Origin: Amoebophrya sp. A120
Taxonomy: Eukaryota; Protista; Dinoflagellata
NCBI GenBank assembly: GCA_905178155.1
Contig: CAJINV010000012.1
Span: 1,554,492-1,618,491 of the forward strand
Direction: 5' to 3'
DNA length: 64,000 nt
Part shown: positions 13,701 to 23,748 of the stretch, piece after piece
Layout of the letters: every line of letters starts with the position of its first letter
Position numbering within the stretch: the stretch's first letter is position 1
Position numbers and translations under genes: made by a program
The notes under the pieces: model-generated
The model's database searches: none
Seen by the model: the letters and a program-made list of their open reading frames with translations, nothing else
What the model was told of the DNA's origin: nothing

Positions 13701-16700
13701 GGGGGTTTTGAGGCTGTGCGTTGTAACGCAGAGGGGTTTTCAGTTGGTCGCTTCCCTATTTCGCGGGCATTTGTGTTGAGGAAGTAGCCGCGGGGCTGTT
13801 TTTCCCCAGGATATGGCTGTGGCATACCGAGGCAGTCAGGCCTCGCCGGCATGTTTGTGGATCGCCAGGGGCGGGCCGTCGGTTAGTTTCGGGCTTGTTG
13901 ATGAAGGGCGGGTTCTTGTGGAATATATTCCCTAGGGTATTGTTCGTTGGCCTTACACCTCTCGCTTGGCTCTGGGCACTGGCGGTTCAAACCCGTTCAT
14001 CCTATGACCTCGTGGGGGCTGTTGGTCAGTAACATGCCTAGTTCCAGGGCCAGGCGAGCAGTCAGGTGTAAGGTCAAAATCATGCACGGAGGTGGACCTT
14101 TTGCCCGCTCCTACTTCTTAAGGTGATCGCCATGGAACTTTCACAGCACCGGGCGGCAGCGAGGTAGTCTCGGGGGTAGTTCGGTCTCGGGTGTCCAAGG
14201 CAGCCTCCTCTTGGTTGTGGCTGGATGGGGTTTTTCGGCTCTTTGTTTTTGCGATGGGAAGTAGGTTTTCAGCTGAATCGCATCGGTTCTGCTCAGTTGC
14301 TCCAGGGCGGCTCTCTGTCCACTTGGAGTGAATGCCTGCGCACTCTTTTCGAGCAACAAGACGTAGTTCCGAAAACGACACCAGCTGCGGAGTTATTTTT
14401 GACATATCCACCCCGGTAGAACATTTTCGTGGAGTGACTGGAGGGAGTTTCCCCCCCTTCCGTTCTTGTATATGGGCTGGCAGATCCCTAGAAGCTAATG
14501 CCTGGAGTTTGTTGGTCTTCCGCCCCTCTGAGTGGGGTCGGGGAAGGAGCCAACGCGGACGTAGTCCGCAAGATTCGCTGGATAGTTTGCTTTGTGATGA
14601 ATTCACTTCGTTCTCGCGTTCTAATGAATGGTAGCTCATGTGCTCAGAGTGCACCGCAGTGCCATTCCGCCACTGAGGGCGCTTCCCAGCGGGGAAGGGT
14701 GTTTTAGGATGTTTGGATCTAATGGATGGTAGCTCATGTGCTCAGAGTGCACCGTAGTGCCATTCCGCCACTGAGGGCGCGTCCCAGCGGGGACGGGTGA
14801 TTTAGGATGGTTGTGCTCTAATGGATGGTAGCTCATGTGCTCAGAGTGCACCGTAGTGCCATTCCGCCACTGAGGGCGCTTCCCAGCGGGGAAGGTGGAT
14901 TCCGGATTGTTTTGCGGTTTTTGGACTAGTTGTAGTGGCGCTGGAGCAGATCGAGATGCGAGCAAGATGCTTATTGCTATTCCCTATTTTCGAGCCCTTG
15001 TAAATGTGGGCCCTTCTCTGTTTTCGCCTCTCATTCGAGCTGGATACTTCCGTACGGGCTCTGGCAAGATTCTCAAACTCGGGGTCCTAGATGGGCTGGC
15101 TGGAGATTGCTTTTGTTCGCGTGTCCAAGGTTTATAGAGTTGTGCCGGAGAGCCTTATGGTGCTGGATCAGGGTGCTTGGCGATGGCCTTGCGCGGGTTG
15201 GTCTTGCTGACGGATGGTTTGTTTCGGAGGGTTGGTTTCGGATGCGCGTATAGCTCGCATCCCGTTGGGGGCGCGGATCAATTGTCTGCTCTGTCCTGCC
15301 TGTTGGCCGTTCCAATTTTAGGCGGGGGCCGAGGTCTTTCTACACATTGCCCACGCAAGGACTCTTCCTGGAGGCGGACACGTCTTTCAGCGTGTCGTAG
15401 GACTAAGTACTCACTGCTTCGCTTTGTTGATGTTGCGGTCTGGCGCGCCTAGTACCGCGTTGAAACCTCCCTGACCTGAGGCACTTCTGTTTTCGGGAGG
15501 CTAGGCGCCTCGCAGCGCTGGCACTACACTTATCTCGGGGGCTGCCTTTTCTTTTTCGGATTCGCTTTGCCGCTTCATCTGCACCAGGGGAGCTCCGCTC
15601 TGTCCTCGGTCTCGCCTGGCTTTGGGAACAGGGGTCGTTTGGCACTGGCGGTACCCAATCCGTTACCCTTGCGAACTTGTTCCCAGGCTGGGGCTGGTGG
15701 TTCGGTGTCTCCTTCGTTTGCCCTCTGTTCCCATTGCGGGGCGAGGCCGGGGCTTTGTCTCTTGGATGCTTGCCCGCGCCAAAATATGCCTGTGGCGCGT
15801 GCGTTGCTATTGTGGGAAGGCCCAGCTGGGCCGGGGTCGAGCAACGAGCCGTAGCAACAAGACGTAGTTCCGAAAACGACACCAGCTGCGGAGTTATTAG
15901 TAGTAGCCTCCAAGAACGATAAGCAAGACGCTGCTGTACAAGTGGGCAGTGCACCGGGAACGGCAGGACCAGGAGTGGCGCCGGTTGAAAACAAAGGCGT
16001 GAACAACAAAATGCGGAGCCCAGCGCAGCATAAAGCTATCTACTGCATCCGGCACGGGACCAGCTGGCACAATGTCGCGTTTGTGAACAATCACTTCTCC
16101 AAAGATGTTTTTTTCTCGCCGAGACTTCACGACAGTCCTCTGATGAAGCAAGGCCACTTATCAGAATGAAAAATGCCCCCACCCCCGAACTTGAAAGCAT
16201 TTGTATTGCAAACCTTTCCAAATGAAACATTCGCCCTCTTGCACCTATCAGCATCACAGGTTTCCAACCGTGAATAGCGAAAATTTGTATTGCAAAAGAC
16301 CCCAGCAAGAGCGGCGCTTGTCATGCAAGCGATGCGATACACGCCTAGACTCCGCATCAGAAAGATTCATACTCGTTTCATGCATGACAAAAAGTTTTCA
16401 TTTGGAAACTCCGCATCACAAATTTTTGCAATTTGAGGGGTGGGGGGCACTTTTCACTGTAATACCACTTAGAAGCGCAGGAGTTCGGGTTGAAAAGTGA
16501 CTTTGCCAAGAACGTGAAGGACAAACAGAAGATTGATTTGGTGCTGGTGTCTCCCCTCTCCCGGGCCATCCAAACCCTGTCAAACATCTGGAAGGACCAG
16601 ATTCTGGAATTTTTCCCGGAAAATTTTCCAGCGGACAAGTGGGGCGTTGCGGATGCGGAAGACGAAGAGATTTGGGCCTGGACCTCAGATATCAAGTGCA

Positions 16701-19224
16701 AAAATGTCTGGGTCTGGAAGAGTCATGCAGTTTTTGCATGACACAGAAGGTCTGGCATGGAAGCTCTAGCATCACAGGTTTCGAGAAGCTTTCGCAATGC
16801 CGAATCCGCATGGCAAGTCCTCCACTTTGGTGACAGAAAGTGGGCAGCTTTTGCTACCTATGCAAGAGAGATTTTTCTGTGTTCTGAAATGCGCATGACA
16901 GTTTTGCACTCTTCCAGACCCGGACATCTTTGCAGTGCATACCAGAAAAGACGAGGATGACTGTGTCTTTGGATGAGTTGAAAAAGCAGCGGCTGCAGTT
17001 TGAAGAGAAGAACAAGATCCGGTTTGTCGCGACCGAAACGCTGCTGGAGTACGCCATTGGGATGACCCCGAACGTGCGCCAGGAAACAGCAACGCTGAAG
17101 AAGTGGTATCCGTGGGTGGATTTCGAGACATTGGTAGAACAAGAGGAATATCCTGTGCAAAAGGTTTTTATCGTACTCATACTAATTCAATTCTTGCATT
17201 CATGCATGAGAAGCAGAAGTCTAGAACCTTCATCAATACCTGATCCAGCATGACAAGTTGCATTCTTATTTTCCCTGTATTGCGAAAATTTTCTATGCGA
17301 TTTTTCCATCATTCTAGTACGATCATGCTGTTGCAATGCATAAGGAAAAGCACGAGGTCAACGTGTACGACTTGGCCAAGACAGCCTCGCACGTGAACCT
17401 ACGCACGGCAAATGCGTCTGGGTCATCTGGATTTGTGATGCGAAATTTGAAGGACAGTGAGCATTTGTGATGCATGATTTCGATTGGGTACTTTTTTTTT
17501 GTGATGCTGTGAGACCCACTTTGTCATGCAAAACACGGTAGTAGAGCAAGAACTCCCAATAGATCATACCACCGGAGATGAAATTTGTGATGCGTGGATA
17601 CCGTCGTGCAAAAGATCGGGCTGTCGTGCAATTATACTCAGCAACGCAAATTCGCCGCGTCCTGCGAGACCACAGATTTTTGCATTCGATAGCGCCCTGA
17701 ATTTGTCGAAACCTACCACCTATCAAATGTAAAAATGTCTGGGTCTGGAAGATTCTGAGACTTGTCATGCATGTTTTGCATGACCCAGGATGTCTGCAAT
17801 GCACGACCGCGCATCACAGATTTTGCGAGAGCTTCCTGATGCCTACTCCGCATGACAAACGCCCTCCCCTCGTAGCACAAACTAGACTCCTCTTGCTGGT
17901 CATGCAATACAGATTTTTCTAGAGTCCAAAGTTAGCATCACAAGTTCCAATCTTCCAGACCCATACACTTTTACATTTGATACCACCTGGACGGAAACGC
18001 GGTCGCCTTCGACTATGAACTGCAAAAGTATCGTATTCGTATAAATGCATCACAAATTTCTTCAGCATGAGAAATTTGTAATGCGGATTTATCGCAATAA
18101 AGAGATTTGTAATGCATGACTGCAATTAATACTACGAACGAGTGCGATACTTTTGCAGTTCACATCGACCCGAAGCTAACCAAGGGAGTCTCCTTCCCCC
18201 AAGAGACGAAAAGCGCATTGCAGCACCGGATCCAGCTATCGCAAGAAAAAACTGTTTCACTGTGAACCTGTAATGCAGAAAATGGAACACAGAACTATTT
18301 GTCTTGCTACACCTGCAAGACATTGGATTTTCAAGCGTGTTTTCCCTTGGGCAACGCGCATGGAAAATTTTCGGTGTCATGTGTGTCAAACTTGTGATGC
18401 AAATCTTGCAAAACCATCACAGTGAAATAGTTTTTTTTGGGATACCAGCAGTTCAAAAAGCTGGTGTTGACGAACGAGCTTACCCAACAGGCGAAGCAGA
18501 TCGCCGTGGTGGCGCACAGTGGTATTCTGCAACTGATGATGTTTGGCGAGTTTTTATCCTGAGCAAAAACGTCCCCGCCCCAGAGCCAAGATGAGGAATC
18601 TGCTAGACAAATCAACCAGATTTGGTTGCTGCGCATGACAAGTTTGGCCTTGTACTGTAATCCTGTTTGACTAGCTCAGAAGCATAACAGATCTAGCATA
18701 GCATGCTGATTGGAGCATCACAAAGCCCAGAACACGACTAGAAAATGCTTCTCATGGGTCTGCGCATGAGAAACATGTGAGGCATGCAGATTTGCATGAC
18801 AACTCTGGGGCGGGGACGTTTTTATACAGGATTTCTTGGGGAGCGGTTCCACAAGGACCCGTTGAAGTATGAGAACGCCGAACTCCCCCTCCCCCTCATT
18901 TGTCATGCGAGCACCCAAATCCAGTTGCTGCTTTGTGGCACTGTTTGCATAATACAAATTTGGGGAGCCCATCAAACAGTACTACGTACACTGAGCGCAT
19001 GAACTACTTGTCATGCGCAGCTAACACGTGTGGTGGTTTTCGTATTGCTGTTCATGCAATACAAATGAGGGGGAGACAGGGGAGTTGTGCACTCTCATAT
19101 GAAGCACGTGTTTCCCTACGAGTATCTCGTGGACACCGAGGAAACATTCGAAGTGGAAGATCATGCGGAGGGTATCCAGTCAGGTAAAATAATCTTCACC
19201 CTTAAAAATCTCTTTTGTGCATAA
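10716..19224 (+). CDS. Histidine phosphatase superfamily (phosphoglycerate mutase-like) protein; N-terminal exon separated by a 4.5-kb insertion array; 9 introners
   Basis: IYCIRHGTSWHN (RHG), DSPLMKQGHLEA, IDLVLVSPLSRAIQT, ETKSALQHRI, IAVVAHSGIL; ORF 10716 joins in frame to 15853 through the repeat DVVPKTTP; both ends approximate. Confidence 0.85.
12488..12883. mobile_element. ~400-bp GC-rich repeat module, also partly at 12952-13050, 14401-14560, 44430-44810 and 45770-45825
   Basis: Shared blocks ggctggcagatcc(c/g)tagaagc(t/a)aatgcc, ccggacagacgt, ccccgctacggaagc..ccggcctgcttcgcccagcccc, ccaacgggccgct, ggaaggaacg..cgaaa. Confidence 0.7.
14620..14895. repeat. Tandem repeat, 98-99 bp unit x ~2.8
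   Basis: tctaatgratggtagctcatgtgctcagagtgcaccg... at 14620, 14718, 14817. Confidence 0.9.
16159..16464. mobile_element. TIR introner, family E (TATCAGAATGAAAAATGCCCCCACCCCC)
   Basis: TSD ccact/ccact. Confidence 0.92.
16690..16941. mobile_element. TIR introner, family A
   Basis: TSD tcaga/ccaga. Confidence 0.9.
17149..17342. mobile_element. TIR introner, family B
   Basis: TSD aggaa/aggaa. Confidence 0.88.
17400..17691. mobile_element. TIR introner, family A (degenerate)
   Basis: TSD gaacc/gcgcc; frame restored. Confidence 0.75.
17721..17982. mobile_element. TIR introner, family A
   Basis: TSD ccacc/ccacc. Confidence 0.92.
18014..18164. mobile_element. TIR introner, family B
   Basis: TSD tcgac/tcgac. 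Confidence 0.9.
18237..18444. mobile_element. TIR introner, family F (TATCGCAAGAAAAAACTGTTTCAC)
   Basis: TSD ccagc/ccagc. Confidence 0.92.
18555..18833. mobile_element. TIR introner, family C
   Basis: TIRs clear; TSD degraded. Confidence 0.8.
18868..19099. mobile_element. TIR introner, family D
   Basis: TSD tgaag/tgaag. Confidence 0.9.
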
Positions 19225-20141
19225 TGTGGAGATGAAGGATGTGAAGCACATTCATCTTGATGTTGCGCCCGTGTTGAGAATAAATACTGGGCTGACCCAC
19301 CTTTAGAGTGCAAAAATGTTCATGATAAATTCATATACTACTCTGATATTGAAGTAGATGGGGGTGGTGATGATTTTTTTGCTTTGGATGCAGGGGGACG
19401 GTGAATGTAAGCGCGTGGACCGGGATCGGAAAATCATTGGCGTTCTTTCCTGAGGACCAGGACATCAACTTCTTGATGCAACTCCAAACTTTCAAGGAGC
19501 CGTTGATAACGAAGTGAAGATAAGGGAAGTTTGCGGGGACAGACTGGTGAAACAACCGAAGTTGTTTGTGTTTCCATGAAGACCACGAACGATGTTATGG
19601 AAAGTCTAAAGTTGGTGGTCGACATGCACACAAACACAATGACAATACAACTAGTTGACCTGGTCTTTGAAGAGCTTGCACTTTCGGGGTCCTCGCGGAG
19701 AATTTTCTGCACCCATGGAAACGGCGCTGCCGCAAACGCACCCATATTCGAAACGGCGCTGCCGCGAATTGCGAGGCGTATTTGCGGCGCCACTAAAACA
19801 AAGGATCTCGCTGTTCTTCTTGTTCGAGAAACAATCGATCATGACTCTTGTTGACCCCCAGCTATCTTCGGTCGTGTTGATCTTGTTTGGCTTCCAGAAT
19901 GCTCGTGGTTCTTGTTGCGATTGCAATTGCAACTTTATCGGTGCTTACGCCTCTACTACCATTTTCGGTACTTGTATATGCCTCTGGCTGAGGAAGAAAA
20001 AGCAGAGCTGTCGCTGTGCTGATCTTCCTCCCAATAGTCACTTTTCGATGGAAATAGTGCACGAAGACTGATTACTTGTCGGCGTTTTTTGCGGCCCGAG
20101 CCCCCTATAAGCTCTTGTGTTATAAATAACCGTCGAGGATA

Positions 20142-23049
20142 ATGAAGATGACCAGCAGTACCTCTGCGCCAGAAAAAAACTCTTCTGCAGAAGATCCGGG
20201 TTTGCAGGCAGCAGAACAACACGACCCTGGTGCAACTATTTTATCCCACGAAAAAACTGTTTCATCACTGTGATGACTTTGCAAGATCTGCATCGCAAGT
20301 TTCTGACACATGACGCAGAAAATTTGGCATGCGCGCTTCCAAATAAGGGAAAACGCCCTTAAAGAGTCACGCTCTTGCAGGTGTAGCAGGACAAATAGTT
20401 CTGTGTTCCATTCTATGCATCACAAGTTCACTGTGAAGTAGTTTTTTCTTGCGATATATTTCCTCTCCCGCCTACTACCGGGTCGATTGGCCGGGCGGTT
20501 TGCTGTTTCGAAAAACCTGCGACGAATTTTTCCAAAGTGCACACGACGAGATTAGAACTCTAGCCACGACCGGGGTTCGAGCAGCTGCCTCGGCATTGCC
20601 GGCCCAGCCACAGAAGCTGCACAAAGCAGCCGAAAACGAGATTATCCACGCGGCACTGACCCTGGATGGACGGTGTCTACAGGAACTGTGTAGTGCGGGA
20701 GCCCCCGGGTCATCAACTGATATAGTTAGTGGCTCAAAAGTTCAAAATCATGTAGAGACCACCGCTGGCCGCGGTTTCCTCCCAGCGGACTTTCGTTTGG
20801 TGCAGACGGACGCGAGGCCGCAGCCAAAAGCCAAATTTGGGGACTGGACAAGGACGAAGTTTGTGAATTTCAAAAACCGCTGCTCGCGAATGCTCACCTT
20901 CGGAGAAACAAAGGACAACAACATCGAAGATCCAGTGAACCAGAAGAACAGCAGCGCTTCATTGGAGGTGCCAGATGAAACAAGCTCTACTAGTACCAAG
21001 GGAACAACAAGTAGTACAGGTGAAAACAAGATGGACGACAACAGTGCGACGAGTGTTGCTATCGCTCCAGCGGCAGCCGTGCTCGCAGCGGGCACGAGTT
21101 TTGCGTCAACATCGTCCTCTTCGAGATCATCTCAGCCCGAATATACAACTACATCGCAGAACTACATTGATTCAAATGCAAGTTGTCTGGAGGTGACAAC
21201 TTTGAGCGGCGACGCGACGAGCTCCACCACTGGAAAAAATGTAGCTTTACGCGTGAACAACAACAGCCAGCGAAGATACCACTACCCGCCCTGCTTAGCT
21301 TTGGCTTTTTTTAAAGGGTTTATCCAAACTGGCTGCTTGCTTTTCTGCGCGACGTATGCATTGCAAAAATGTCTGGGTCTGGAAACTTGTATTGCTGGGG
21401 GGCGTAATATTATGAGGAGGCCCCAAGTGCTAGGTCAGCATGACAAGTTTCTGAGCCTCTAAGTGTTGCCTATTCATCTGCATGATACACAGCGTTTCTG
21501 CATCAAAGAAAAATGGAGCTCTTGGGTAACGTGCATGACATATTTGAGAGTTATTCCAGACAAGCATGACAAACATGCACTCTTCCAGACCTAGACATGT
21601 TTGCACTTGATACGACGTATTTACAGCTGAGAAAAGCCTATCCTGTGCAAAAGTATCGTACTCGTATTGCAATCATGCGTTACAAATCTTTTCCTTAAGG
21701 TAAATCCGCATTACAAATTTTCTTTCTCATGCTGGGGATGGGGAAATTTGTAATGCATTTACAACACGAGTCACTCGTGTTGTAAAAAGCCGGGTTTGGG
21801 ATACTTTTGCAGTTCATAAAGCCGGGTTTGGGATCCGGAATTTACACTTCCAAAACGAATTGAGACGGAATATCCTGAGAAAAAACGTCCCCACGACCCC
21901 AGAGTTGTCATGCAGATTTGCAATGACAGGAACATTTGTAATGCGCATTTACATGAGAGGCATTTTCAAGTGTGTTTTGGCATTTGTAATGCTGTACTTA
22001 AACAGGATAAGGAGACGGGTTTGTGATGCGACTGTCCTTGCTAACCTGCACTACACCACAGTAGAGACGAACTTGTCATGCGTGGCTCCCAAAACTTCTG
22101 GATTTGTGTTGCTAAGTTCCCAACTTGACTACAGGGTGGGGATGTTTTTACACAGGATCCGGAATTGCGGCGATTGGTTCAAACCAGTGTTCGCGTCTAT
22201 CAGCTTCACGCAGTGCTTAATTTGCCCCATGGAACACTGGAACAATGGGGAGAAGTCTGCGCTGCACGACTTATGACCTGCTCAGGTGTTTTGACAATCT
22301 AAACAACCGTTATTTCGACTGAAGACGAAATATTAAACTTGTGATGCAAAAAGAAAACGTGCCTGCTGGTCTGGCGCATTCTCACAGGAAAACAGCGTAT
22401 GACAAGTTCTGGATCCTCCCAAATAAATCTCGCCCTGCAAAAATCCGGCGAGTTTCGTACTATTGGGAAAAGCGCGAGGCTCTGTATCGATTTCTCATGC
22501 TGTAGTTCACGCATTAACAGTTGAGAATGTAACACCTGAGCGAATCTTCATACGACTTCGTCGCAGTTTCTGCTTTCGTCTCAGCGTTATTACACAGCCG
22601 AATTTTCTACCCTGTGCAAAAAGTTCTTGTGTCGTGCTTGCATTAATTGCAGTTTTGGCGTATATACAAATCTTCTTCCTCGGCTAGTAAATCAGCATGG
22701 CAAAGTCCATGCATTTGTAATGCTATAAGCATGTAGTTTGTATTGTGCACTATCTACTACTACTTCCCACTTCTAGTACGACGCGTGAATTTTTGCAATT
22801 CACATTTTCGTGATCCCTGCCGCCGTGGAAGCCAGTCCTCTCGTCGCGGCGCTTGGCGTGCCCAGTTCGCTATTGCCTTTCATCCCGGCGTTTGGGTTGG
22901 GAGGGTTGTCCGCTTTCCGGAAATTTTGTGAACTGAAAATCGACGCGTATGGGGAAGCGGAGCGGGAAATCGAGGCCTTTTGCGCCGTCGTGCGGGAGCA
23001 GAGGGGCTGGATGTGGGAGAAGCTCGCAGGGCAGATTGGGCGTTCTTAA
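20142..23049 (+). CDS. Hypothetical membrane protein; Ser/Thr-rich middle and several C-terminal hydrophobic segments (weak resemblance to Tim17/22/23 family); 6 introners
   Basis: Continuous frame MKMTSSTS...ATISSPAYYRVDWPGG...CATYLQLRKAGFGIRN...LHDFVAVSAFVSALLHSRIFVIPAAVEA...GRS* after element+5 nt removal. Confidence 0.75.
20242..20456. mobile_element. TIR introner, family F (reverse orientation to 18237)
   Basis: TSD tattt/tattt. Confidence 0.9.
21355..21612. mobile_element. TIR introner, family A
   Basis: TSD cgacg/cgacg. Confidence 0.92.
21639..21818. mobile_element. TIR introner, family B, with internal rearrangement
   Basis: TSD aagcc/aagcc. Confidence 0.9.
21871..22159. mobile_element. 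TIR introner, family C
   Basis: TSD cggaa/cggaa. Confidence 0.9.
22272..22552. mobile_element. TIR introner, family H (TATGACCTGCTCAGGTGTT...AACACCTGAGCG..CATA)
   Basis: TSD cgact/cgact. Confidence 0.9.
22608..22804. mobile_element. TIR introner, family B (degenerate)
   Basis: TSD ttttc/ttttc. Confidence 0.82.
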
Positions 23050-23748
23050 ACAAAACGGAAAGAAATGATGTTCATCATATTTAGCTGGAGGACTTGTACC
23101 TTACCTACGGGAAAAATAAATATTGTCTTCCTGCTTTTTACCCTCACACGGTTGCGTTGTGAGACGGGGCTTGTCGTCCTCACAATCTACAATGGTTTTC
23201 GATTTTCTCGATGCTTCTCCGCTTCCCGATGCGGCGGGGAGCTCCTCATAGGACGTGTTGACTTTGCACCGTTAATATTCCGTGCGTGTTGTAAGGAACA
23301 CTACTACAACTTATGTACGCGGCGGCCTCGACGAGATCATTGCACGAATGTTTCTTCTTGTTTTTTCAGTTTTCCTTTTCCTTTTCTCAGCTTTCAGTTT
23401 TTTGCTTTTTCTTCAGTTTTCTTTGGGGTCACTGTTGAAAGCAGAGGAAGCTCCCGATACGGGGACTCCCTGCCGGATCAGCAAAGCGATCATTTTTTGT
23501 ACAAACAGTTTCGAGCAGCTGCAGATGGATCTCTGTTGTTTGTCGTGTTGAGCACAGCGATCTTGATGAGGAAGTGATCGGAGTAGAAGTTGATCACTGG
23601 TCATCCGTACGTTCCTCGGAGCTCCGGCATATTATATGCGAATAGAGACATCACAATTTTTTTCGTTCAGTAAGTACTTACAAGTAGTAGATTTTTGTTT
23701 CAAATTTGAGTAGTACGTCTACATTTCACAGAACAACAAGCTGTAAAG

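Larger units (their letters stand above)
11271..15901. repeat. Insertion array A: host repeat copies at 11271-11371 (with 26-bp tandem x2.8), 12884-12951, 14351-14397 and 15853-15901; inserts of 1512, 1399 and 1455 bp
   Basis: Core gcaacaagacgtagttccgaaaacgacaccag(c/g)tgcg. Confidence 0.88.

Noticed and set aside
11372-15852. Reverse transcriptase or transposase ORF in the inserts
   Set aside because: No YxDD, DDE or endonuclease motif recognised; frames are broken. A translated HMM search is needed.
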